The translations under genes and the position numbers were made by a program. Under the pieces are notes generated by a model. It saw only the letters and a list, made by a program, of their open reading frames with translations, was not told where the DNA came from and did no database searches. A stretch of 64,000 nucleotides of DNA from Octopus vulgaris (Eukaryota), in assembly GCA_951406725.2 (NCBI GenBank), contig OX597826.1, positions 71,796,001 to 71,860,000 on the forward strand. The letters are read 5' to 3'. How positions within the stretch are numbered: position 1 is the first letter of the stretch; every line of letters begins with the position of its first letter. Below are positions 54,132 through 64,000 of this stretch, one piece after another.

Positions 54132-54166
54132 GTTTAACGTTTCGAGCGGAGCTCTTCGTCGGAAAC
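54132..54166 (-). ncRNA. Minimal hammerhead motif within element 54033-54245
   Basis: gttt-CCGACGA-a-gagc tcc gctc-GAAA-c-GTT-aaac; perfect 4-bp stem II, GUU site. Confidence 0.7.
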
Positions 54167-54240
54167 ATAGGAGAAGGAAAGATCCAGAGAAGGGAAGACA
54201 GAGGGAAAAAAATCGCCAACGATACACACGCGGTTACATT

Positions 54241-54278
<38 letters not shown>

Positions 54279-54312
54279 TAAGGTCACAATATAGATGTAT
54301 TAAAGCACTACT

Positions 54313-54363
54313 AATTACTAATAGTTTCATATGTTGAGAGAACTCAAACATATTCTTCAGATG
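54313..54363 (-). ncRNA. Type-I hammerhead motif inside fold-back element 54272-54434
   Basis: CTGAAGA-atatgtttgag ttct ctcaacatat-GAAA-cta t tag-TA; flanking 45-bp inverted arms. Confidence 0.7.
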
Positions 54364-54494
54364 CAAAGCACATATCATAAGGAATTAAAGAAATTAGTAG
54401 TGCTTTAATACATGTATTGTGACCTTAAATAAATAATATTTATCTCTCACCAGATGGAGTACTTTTTTGTTGAATTTTCTTCATGGATCAGTAC

Positions 54495-54552
<58 letters not shown>

Positions 54553-55099
54553 TCCCTGGAGATATGCTGTGACTGCGAAAACCTGACAAATAACGTGAGT
54601 TCATGGCTGCTTCCTGCACCAGCTTCACATAGCTGCCCCAGCCCATCCAAAGTACCTTGGATCGCAGGATGGCCTGCTGTGCTTACCTTGGATCATAGGG
54701 CGACCTGCTGTGCTTGAGGAGACCTATTGAGTCAAGTACATCACTCTCTCAGTATGTAATTATTGCTGTTGTTAAATGAAAAAAAGCCAACACAGTTTGT
54801 CTTGGTGTGTGATGATAAATTCTTCTGTTAAATGTTTGCAGGTATTGTTCACTTACACAGCCCAAGAAACATATTTTCATTCATTAATACTAATTGGCAA
54901 GCAGTAGTGTGGGGGACAAAAACACATGCACACATGATGGGCTTCTTTCAATTTCCTTCGACCAAATCCACTCATAAGGCTTTGGTTGGCCCAAGGCTAT
55001 AATAGAAGATACTTGCCCAATGTGCCATGCAGTGGGACTGAACCCACAATCATATGGTAGGGAAGCAAGCTTCTTACCACAGCCACACCTGCGTCTGCG

Positions 55100-55585
55100 T
55101 AGGATCATTTCTGTCATGCATAGGATCAATAACTTTTCTGTCAAGCAACACTTTGATCAAGCATGTTGCAAGATATATTTAAGGTTGGGGACATCGCTTT
55201 GAAAGGTAATCAATAAAGAGAACAATTTATCAGAAATAAATACGCTGATGACATCGACATTAATTCATTGATGGTTCAACTTCCTGCATTTCAGGAAGTC
55301 TTATAAGACAGAGTTTTGTTAGTTGTTTAACTGACTTTGTAGAATGCATAAATGAAACCAAAAAAAAAAATCATCTGAAAGCAAGCATTTAATATTAGAG
55401 ATTTATAAAATATAGGCATAGGAGTGGCTGTATGGTAAGTAGCTTGCTTACCAACCACATGGTTCCGGGTTCAGTCCCACTGCGTGGCACCTTGGGCAAG
55501 TGTCTTCTACTACAGCCTTGGGCTGACCAAAGCCTTGTGAATGGATTTGGTAGATGGAAACTGAAAGAAGCCTGTCGTATATATG

Positions 55586-55650
<65 letters not shown>

Positions 55651-56100
55651 TTGTGTGTCTGTGTTTGTCCCCCCCCAACATCGCTTGACAACGGATGCTG
55701 GCGTGTTTACATCCCCGTAATCTAGCTGTTCGGCAAAAGTGAACGATAGAATAAGTACTAGGCTTACAAAGAATAAGTCCTGGGGTCGATTTGCTCGACT
55801 AAAAGGCAGTGCTCTAGCATGGCCACAGTCAAATGACTGAAACAAGTAAAAGAAAATTTGCCAACTTTTACTGGTAAATCCTGAAATATCTGCTGTAGTT
55901 GAACAAGCATTTTCTCTAACAAAATGATTAATGACATATCTTCAGTCAATAATGACAAAAGTAGATTAAATTATCTGGCTATATTTTCAGATCATAAAAA
56001 AAAAAAAATGGGTCGGCAAAATGAATCTAAAAGCAGTTGCTGCTGAATTTGTTTCCTAAAACGAGAATAGGTAGATTATAGCAAGTGGAATAATAAAGTT
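55100..56100 (+). mobile_element. hAT transposase C-terminal remnant split by SINE B (55414-55852)
   Basis: HFDQACCKIY, KYADDIDINSLMVQLP, SRLNYLAI, KMNLKAVAAEFVS resemble the hATC dimerisation region. Confidence 0.5.
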
Positions 56101-56289
56101 TCATTATTATGTCGTTTCCATTCTGAAGAATGGCATTCTGTAATTGCTTTTTTTCCTTTATTTTTTGTTATATATACATCACAAGATTCAATCAAGGCAT
56201 TCTAAGTCTCCTAGTCATAAAACATTACAGACCACAGTCTCAGAGAAATCATGTATTTTATTGTGTCTGTAAGCTCAAGGATTTCCTTT

Positions 56290-56668
56290 TTAACCCTTTG
56301 GCATTTAAACCAGCCATATCTAGCCCGAATCTTCTGCCTGTTTTGTGTTCAAAATGGCTAGGTTTGGGCTCTTACACCTACCCTACAATGTCATTCTAAA
56401 AATAAATAAGCGTCGCCTCACTGGCACTTGTGCCGGTGGCACGTGAACAAAACATTCCAGCGAGGTCGTTGCCAGTGCTGCTGGACTGACTCCTGTGCAG
56501 GTGGCACTTTAAAAGCACCCGCTACACTCTCGGAGTGGTTGGCATTAGGAAGGGCATCCAGCTGTAGAAACTCTGCCAGATCAGATTGGAGCCTGGCGCA
56601 GCCATCTGGTTCGCCAGTCCTCAGTCAAATCGCCCAACCCATGCTAGCATGGAAAGCGGACGTTAAAC

Positions 56669-56713
<45 letters not shown>

Positions 56714-56810
56714 ATAATCAAAGTCTCAAAGATAATGTGTGATTAATTCAAAATTAAGTGAATAAATAAGCTCTACACGTGACAAAGAAATCTGAATGCC
56801 TAAGGGTTGA
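56290..56810. mobile_element. TTAA MITE interrupted by a retroposon tail (56411-56712)
   Basis: ttaaccctttggcattt...aatgcctaagggttga. Confidence 0.8.
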
Positions 56811-56894
56811 TATTAATTTAGATTTTTAATGGAAGGCAAGGTTTTATGATATCGGAAGAATATTGTCTCCTTCCATCATCTTTTTTGTTCTTTG

Positions 56895-57285
56895 TGTAGT
56901 TCAGGCTTCCGGAAGGCGAAGAGAGAAGACTTCAAGTACAAATGCTATTTACAACTGCTTTATTTACAGGATTCACAGGATAAGTGTAGTTTGCTGCTCT
57001 CAGCCACCATCTTAAGCTGTGTGCGTTGTGCAGTAGCTCCGATAGTGTGGGCGCAAATTGCCTCCAGCCAGTGGTGTTGTTCAAGCCAGCGCTGCTGAAA
57101 GTGGCGCCAAAAAGAGAGAGATTTGAATCGGGTTTTCTTTTTTATATAAAGTTTTCCATCACGAACCTCGTTGTGATCTCGCGCAAGGTAAATGGATGCA
57201 GGTGAGGTCTCGTTCCAGTCTCGGAGATGGCAATGGTTGCCGCAAGATCTCATCCCATAAGGTGCTGTCTGCTTGTGCCGCTACA
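56895..57285 (-). mobile_element. Probable solo LTR
   Basis: TGTAG...CTACA inverted ends, TATATAAA at ~57141 and AATAAA at ~56960 in LTR order on the minus strand; TSD imperfect (ctttg/cattt). Confidence 0.65.
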
Positions 57286-57292
57286 CATTTAA

Positions 57293-58110
57293 AGGCAACA
57301 AGCTTGCGGAATCGTTAGGTGGACAAAATGTTGCTAAACATTTCTGACAACTTTGTGTTCTGAGTTCAAATTCTATCATGGTTGACTTTACCTTTCATCT
57401 TTTCGGGGTTGATAAAACAAGTCCTTATCAAGCACTGGGGTTGAAGTTGACTAGCCTCCACCCCAAACATTTTTTCAGGCCTTGAGCCAATTGCAGAAAG
57501 AATATTAATTTACACTTAAAGGTGGTGAGATGGCAGAATTGTTAGCACGCCGGGCGAAATGCTTAGCGGTATTTCGTCTGCCGCTACCTTCTGAGTTCAA
57601 ATTCCACCAAGGTCGACTTTGCCTTTCATCCTTTCGGGGTCGATTAAATAAGTACCAGTTATGCACTGGGGTCAATATAATCGACTTAATCTGTTTGTCT
57701 GTCCTTGTTTGTCCTCTCTGTGTTTAGCCTCTTGTGGGTAGTAAAGAAATAGGTATTTCGTCTGCTGCTATGTTCTGAGTTCAAATTCTGCCGAGGTTGA
57801 CTTTGTCTTTCATCCTTTCAGGGTCGATTAAATAAGTACCAGTTACGCATTGGGGTCAATATAATCGACTTAATCCGTTTGCCTGTTCTTGTTTGTTCCC
57901 TCTGTGTGTAGCCCCTTGTGGGCAGTAAAGAAATGAGAACTGTTAGCACCCTGGACAAAATGCTTAGTGGCTTTTCTTCTGGCTTTGTGTTCTGGGTTCA
58001 AATTCTACCGAAGTTGACTAAAATAAGTCTCAGTCTAGCACTGAAGTCAATGTAATATGTAATCAACTCGCCTCTTCCTCATCAAACTTCAGGATTTGGG
58101 TCTATAATAG
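57293..58110 (+). mobile_element. Head-to-tail cluster of SINE family C units
   Basis: Four gagttcaaattc...gactt cores; a young dimer at 57519-57935. Confidence 0.9.
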
Positions 58111-58129
58111 AGAGAGCCTTAATTTACAT

Positions 58130-58353
58130 TTAACCCTTTAACATTTAAACTGGTCATATCTGACCCAAATATTCTTATATTATGTTCAAACCAACCAGAT
58201 CCAGCCTCTCACACCTAACCTACAATGTCATTCTAAAGATAAACACTCACATCATCGAAATCTCAAAGCTACAAGATAATGCATGATTAATTCAAAATGA
58301 CATGATTAACAAGCAATACATTTGACAGAGTAAACTGAATACGAAAGGGTTAG
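58130..58353. mobile_element. TTAA MITE
   Basis: ttaaccctttaacattt...gaaagggttag. Confidence 0.85.
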
Positions 58354-58486
58354 ACATGATTCCAATGCTGTCAATGGGTCTCTTCTTGCCTTCCGTCTTT
58401 TTTACATTCTTATATAACAAATGACGCATAATGCCCACCAAATCCAAAAGTCAAGAAGGCAAATGCATTCTACAAAGTTTAAGCAC

Positions 58487-58577
58487 ATACACACACACAC
58501 ACAAGCATGTACACACATATGCACATACACACACACACGTGCACATACACATACTCACACCCACACACAAATTGCAG

Positions 58578-58608
<31 letters not shown>

Positions 58609-58772
58609 CATACACATACTCACACCCACACACAAATTGCTGGCACACACATACACACACACACACATGCATGCACACACACTTGCACATACACATACTC
58701 ACACCCACACACAAATTGCTGGCACACACACACACATACACACACACACACATACATACACACACACACACT
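58487..58772. repeat. CA-rich minisatellite, 3 units
   Basis: gcacatacacatactcacacccacacacaaattgc occurs three times. Confidence 0.9.
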
Positions 58773-58917
58773 GAGAAAACTAATGACAGTAGTTTTCACT
58801 ATAAAACAAGCATTTTGGAAGGAGAAAATATTGATATTTCTGTAGAAAATAATGCTGTTGAGAGTAGTTCTAGTGATATATATAGAGCTAAAGCAACAAA
58901 AACAACAAAACAACACT

Positions 58918-58965
<48 letters not shown>

Positions 58966-59551
58966 ATTTCTTAATGACAGAAATTTGAGCTAGAGATCAA
59001 CTTTAGCTTTTGCCTTGCAATTGATAAACTTTAGATAAAGAGCATTTAGATAAAAGCAGGAGTAAATGGTAGCATTATGCCACGGAAAATAGAAGGGGTT
59101 TTCCAATATGAAGCCATCAGAGAAGCACAAGGGCTTTCCAAGAAACGGTGGAAGCCAACCCTTATCAATATGGGGAAATCTCCTAAACAGGATAATATGT
59201 CGTTTGTTGCCTTTAAATATGTTGTTTTTATAAAACTGAAAATAGAAAAAGGCACTGATTCACTTTAGATAAGATGGGTTAGTGCTTTGCACTTTAACGA
59301 CAAAGTGAGGAAATAAGCTGAGTCAGTTCATTGCACTACTTAGAATGAAGGAAAATAAGGTTACTTTTGAAGCAGAATATGGACAGGTGGTCAGTGTTGA
59401 TGTGAAGTTTGGTGATATGATGAGGCTGGAAAGGGTCTCTGTGGATATACAAATTCTCATGACACCACAAGACTCCAAAGTGATCTGGAAATTATGTCTG
59501 TAGTGAGTGGTCAGACAAAGGCTTTATGACAGATCTTTTGTAGTAGAAAGC

Positions 59552-59772
59552 TTAACCCTTCAGTGTTTAAACCGGTCATATCCGGCTCAAATATTCTACA
59601 TGTTTTATATTCAAACTGGCGAAGTCTAGCCTTTCACACTCTAAAAATAAATAGTGACATTATTGAAATCTCAAAGCTATAAGATAATGCATGATTAATT
59701 CAAGTTGATGATGATGAATTTGAATGAAGAAGTATTACATTTAACAGAATAATTTAAACACTAAAGGGTTAA
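59552..59772. mobile_element. TTAA MITE
   Basis: ttaacccttcagtgttt...aaacactaaagggttaa. Confidence 0.88.
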
Positions 59773-60360
59773 AGGCTACATATATGGCAGTAAAGATCAT
59801 TTAAGGGCTTTTTGTGCAGGAAAGATAGGAAAGTTAAAAGAAGGAAAAACAGCAATATTAATAGCAGGCCATATGGCTTGTTATTCCTGGGCCATCCCTG
59901 GGGGAAGATCTGGAAACATCGAGTGAAAGCACCTTGTTATCAGTTCCAAGAGCCAATTAGAAAGCTGTGAGGCCTTTTCTCCCTCAGTTACAACCAGCAG
60001 CATCATCTCTTTATTGAGTGACAATGAAGAGGAGATAGAAAATGAACAAGAGTGGTAGACTGCTAGAGAGAGCCAGAAAACCCAAGGGAATGAAAATGCT
60101 GCACCTCACACCAAGTTTCCCCCAAGAGAAGGCAAACAAAAAGTGAGGAAGAGCCTATCTCTTCTGCATGATTGATGAAATTCATAGTTTTGTACTTAAC
60201 CAAAGAACTGATGGCAGATATAAAGGATCTACATGACCACCTCCACACAAATTTAGTATGGATTGGAGAAGAGATAGGCTGTGGAACCTGAGAAAAACTC
60301 TTCAACAATTCTCCAAAGAACTTTACCATTACCATGATGTGAGCCTTTCTTGGCTCACAG

Positions 60361-60444
60361 CCAAAATTGCTCACAGGAATCTATCTAACCCCAAAATTGC
60401 TCACAGGAATCTTCCTAATCCCAAAATTGCTTGCAGGAATCTTT
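60361..60444. repeat. 30-bp tandem repeat, ~3 copies
   Basis: ccaaaattgctcacaggaatct at 60361, 60391, 60421. Confidence 0.92.
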
Positions 60445-60677
60445 GAAAGGAGCAATTATGTAGACAAGGCCAGAAAAGAGGTGATAGAGAGAAAGGACCA
60501 GAGTCTTAGAAAGTCCTGTTTTAAGCCAGTTGTGGGGTCCTTACCCATGTGTGAATGAATTGCCCAATCTGTGTTTCAGTTTATGTTTTAAATTTAAATT
60601 GTATCCAGTTTTAATTATTGAGTCTATTATACAATCCTATATTATTCTGTGTTTTAATCCGTATCAAATTCTAAATG

Positions 60678-61018
60678 TGAAGGCGCATGGCTCAGTGGTT
60701 AGAGCGTTGAGCTTACGATCGTGAGGTTGTGAGTTCGAATCCCGGACTGGGCTGCATGTTGTGTTCTTGAGCAAGACACTTTATTTCACATTGCTCCAGT
60801 TCACTCAGCTGTAGAAATGAGTTGCGACGTCACTGGTGCCAAGCTGTATCGGCCCCTTTGCCTTTCCCCTGGATAACATCAGTGGTGTGGATAGGGGAGG
60901 CTGGTATGCATGGGTGACTGCTGGTCTTCCATAAACAACCTTGCCCGGACTTGTGCCTGGGAGGGTAACTTTCTAGGTGCAATCCCATGGTCAGTGTCGT
61001 AACCGAAGTGGGTCTCAG
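60678..61018 (+). mobile_element. Full-length tRNA-derived SINE with 12-bp TSD
   Basis: TSD aaattctaaatg at 60666-60677 and 61019-61030; A box tggctcagtgg, B box gttcgaatccc. Confidence 0.95.
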
Positions 61019-61186
61019 AAATTCTAAATGCACTCATTGTACATTATCCTAATCATCCATGTTTTTTTAAACTTTGTCTTGTCCTTCATTAAATGTTTTT
61101 GTAACTCTGTACTTAACATTTTATGCAAATGTATGTCTGGGTCCCTGTGACCTATAAAGACATCACCATCTTTATCATTGTCGTCG

Positions 61187-61219
<33 letters not shown>

Positions 61220-61471
61220 ATATCTGCTATGCACTCCTTCTTTTATCTAAATGCCCTTTATCTAAAGTTTATCAATTGCAAGGCAAATGCTAAAGTTGAT
61301 TTTGTCATTCATCCCTTTGGAGCTGATGAAATATAGTACCAGTCAAATACTGGGGACGATACAATGACTTAGCCCACTCGCCATATTCATAGCCAACCAA
61401 AACTGACTTTGCTTTCCATACCCTTGGAGTGATCATCATTGCAACCATCATCATCATCATCCATCATCATT

Positions 61472-61518
<47 letters not shown>

Positions 61519-62065
61519 TGTTATCTTCAATGTTTTAACATCTCTTTCTCTATTCTGTCCTAGATTAGACCAGTCTGCTGTGGAGTATGCAACTCTGGAA
61601 TATATTCTGCGAGAGCCACTGTCCTGAATTCTGGGACCACCGTTTTACTTAACGAAGAATAAGATTAATATCTGCAATACATTCTACAAACTTAATCCCT
61701 TGTACCAATGTGAGAGGTGAAAAAAAATCACCATTTTACACTGTTAAACTGCTGAAGACTACGTATTTGGATATCATCATACCATATTCTTGACAATAAT
61801 TTCTGCTAAATTGTTAAGTTTAAAGTAAATAAAAATAATAAAAAAGAGATTTTTAGAAATTTTTGGTGGAATATGAGGACATTGCAAGTGAAAGGCATCC
61901 ACTGTCACAACCAATCAGCTTGACTCAAGTAAAAAATGGGGAAATTTATTGATGTGCTAAACGAAAGAGGAGTAAATGATGTATATTTTAGACTCTTCCG
62001 GAATACATGAAGAAAAAAGGTCACAGATAAATCAATAAAGAACTAATATTGAAAATATATAAACT

Positions 62066-62067
62066 GC

Positions 62068-62098
<31 letters not shown>

Positions 62099-62408
62099 AA
62101 TGGTGGGATGGTAGACTTGCTGCTGCTGCCACTGCTACTACTACTACTACTACTGTTGTTGTTGTTGTTGGTGGTGGTGGTAGTGGTGGTGGTGGTGGTA
62201 ATGGTGGTGGTGGTAGTGGTGGTGGTGGTGGCGGTGGTGGTGGTGGTGGCGGTGGTGGCGATGGTGGTGGTAGTGGTGGTGGTGGTGGTGGTGGTGGTGA
62301 TGTTGATTTTGCTACTGCAGTTATAGTTGTTTGTGGGGATGGTAGTCTTGCTGCTGTTGCTGTTGTTGATGGTGGTACTGGTACTATTGCTGCTGCTGCT
62401 GCTGCTGC

Positions 62409-62472
<64 letters not shown>

Positions 62473-62650
62473 GGTGGTGGTGGTGGTGGTGGTGGTGGTG
62501 GTGGTGGTGGTGGTGATTGGTGGTTACAGTGGTCATGATTATGGTGGTATCGCTACTATTGTTGTATTTGTTGTAGGCAATACTGGTGCTAGTAGTGGTG
62601 GTCATGTTGTTGTTGTCCATGGTGCTATTATTATTACTGTTGTTGTATAA
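62066..62650. repeat. Compound trinucleotide array (GTT/GGT/CTG/CTA)
   Basis: Direct inspection. Confidence 0.95.
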
Positions 62651-62781
62651 CTTCCCTCCTCCCCATCTGCAACATGCAAGCGGTCAGCTGAATGATAACA
62701 CATGCCCTGCATATCCATTTTCCCACTGAGACAATCTGCCATGTAGCACACATGTGGTTGTGATGCACGTGCCTGGTGTAC

Positions 62782-63017
62782 CTATTTCTTTACTACCCAC
62801 AAGGGGCTAAACACAGAGGGGACAAACAAGGACAGACAAACAAATTAAATCGATTACATCGATCCTAGTGCGTAACTGGTACTTATTTAATCGACCCCGA
62901 AAGGATGAAAGACAAAGTCAACCTTGGCAGAATTTGAACTCAGAACGTAACGGCAGACGAAATACCGCGAAGCATTTCGCCCGGCATGCTAACGTTTCTG
63001 CCAGCTCGTCGCCTTAT
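62782..63017 (-). mobile_element. SINE family C monomer with 13-bp TSD
   Basis: TSD gtgcctggtgtac at 62769-62781 and 63018-63030. Confidence 0.93.
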
Positions 63018-63110
63018 GTGCCTGGTGTACTCTTACCAGACAGGTAGTCATGATGGGTATACTGGGCTTTGTATATTTCACCCCAGTGTCACTTTGATGG
63101 CATGCACTGC

Positions 63111-63983
63111 GAAGCTCAGGGCTAAAAGCAGAGAGTGAAGGTTTCATATTAACTACTCAAGACCAAAGCTTATTAACCCGGAACTACCAAGCCAATGTGA
63201 TAAAAAATGGAGCTGACCCAAAATGCTGATTCTGTAATGATAAGATTGAAACTATAGACCACCTAATCTCAGGGTGTAGAGTCTTAGCACCTGTAGAATA
63301 TAAAGCAAGACATGACAGAGTCGGCCAGTATTTACACTGGACAATATGTCGGCATTATAAAATCAAAACTGCTGACAAATGGTATAAACACCATCCTGAA
63401 GCTGTGACTGTGGGAGAAAATGTATCGATTCTCTGGGACTTCCCCGTACATACCGACAAAACTATAAAAGCTAATAAACCGGATATTATTATAAAAGATC
63501 AAACAAAAAAGATGTGTTTATTAATTGACATGAGTATCCCTTGCGATCACAATATAACGGCGAAACAATTTGACAAGATCAGTAAATATAAAGACTTGCT
63601 CATAGAAATTGAAAAAATGTGGCATCTCAAGGCAACTACAGTACCAGTGATTGTAGGATCTCTAGGAATGATAAAAAAAGGTACTGGAACTTATTTGAAA
63701 ATGATACCAGGCTTACCATCCCTACAGGAAGTGCAAAAAATCGTGTTAACTGGAACGGCTCATGTACTGAGAAGAGCATTATCGCTGTGAAAACAACATC
63801 CATTCATGAATTTATTTATTTATTAATTTTTTAAATACATATTTTACCTGTGAATTTGTGTGAGTAATCTGGGAATGCATACAATGAGCTTCTCTGCCCT
63901 AGGTGTACAGAAAACACTTGGTGGGAAACGGAAGAAAATTTGAAGAAAGAAGGAAAAAAGATAATAATTAAAATAATAATAAT
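63111..63983 (+). mobile_element. R4/Dong-like non-LTR retrotransposon 3' portion (zinc knuckle plus restriction-like endonuclease)
   Basis: LKAESEGFI..QDQSL.TRNY..C*FC..ETIDHLISGC..RHD..ILWDF..NKPDIII..LLIDMSIP..KISKYKDL; one in-frame TGA at 63227; (TAA)n tail. Confidence 0.93.
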
Positions 63984-64000
63984 AGCATTGTCACTGAATT

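Larger units (their letters stand above)
59064..61220 (+). mobile_element. Possible decayed L1/Tx1-like element (ORF1 remnant to 3' end)
   Basis: Knuckle-like YIYGSKDHLRAFC after the MITE at 59772; U-rich 3' region ending ataaaga(cat)n. Confidence 0.35.

Noticed and set aside
56960-57253. 97-aa ORF
   Set aside because: Lies wholly inside a TG..CA LTR-like unit
60361-60444. CRISPR-like repeat
   Set aside because: Contiguous tandem units without unique spacers, eukaryotic context, no cas genes
60678-60755. tRNA gene (also 23997, 25753)
   Set aside because: A and B boxes belong to SINE heads; no proper acceptor stem, and the SINE body follows (with a TSD at 60678 and 23997)
61564-61665. Plus-strand terminal exon after a strong pyrimidine tract
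   Set aside because: Short frames ending in stops, no partner exons, no homology recognised
62108-62650. Poly-L/V transmembrane-like and poly-H/Q ORFs
   Set aside because: Trinucleotide repeats with no flanking domain or splice support

Overview
AT-rich, repeat-saturated eukaryotic DNA. The tRNA-derived SINE families, RTE/CR1 LINE pieces and the very high density of (TA)n/(CA)n/(ATGT)n microsatellites look like an octopus (coleoid cephalopod) genome; this is recognition from memory, not a database result. I cannot identify any host protein-coding gene. Most long ORFs in the track are microsatellite artefacts or decayed transposon fragments. Mobile elements present: several Tc1/mariner elements, TTAA MITEs, two Helitrons, RTE, CR1 and RLE (R4-like) LINE pieces, two probable solo LTRs and four SINE families. 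There is also a CpG-rich island at about 32-37 kb and a few weak exon candidates. Two signals stand out. (1) At least six minimal type-I hammerhead ribozyme motifs from five unrelated sequence families lie in short elements inserted in (TA)n tracts, often folded back as inverted repeats; this is consistent with Penelope-like element termini. (2) A 28S rRNA fragment is fused to a dimeric SINE inside one 14-bp target-site duplication, with the junction just upstream of the D7a 'hidden break' region. Coordinates were counted by eye and decayed element boundaries are approximate.
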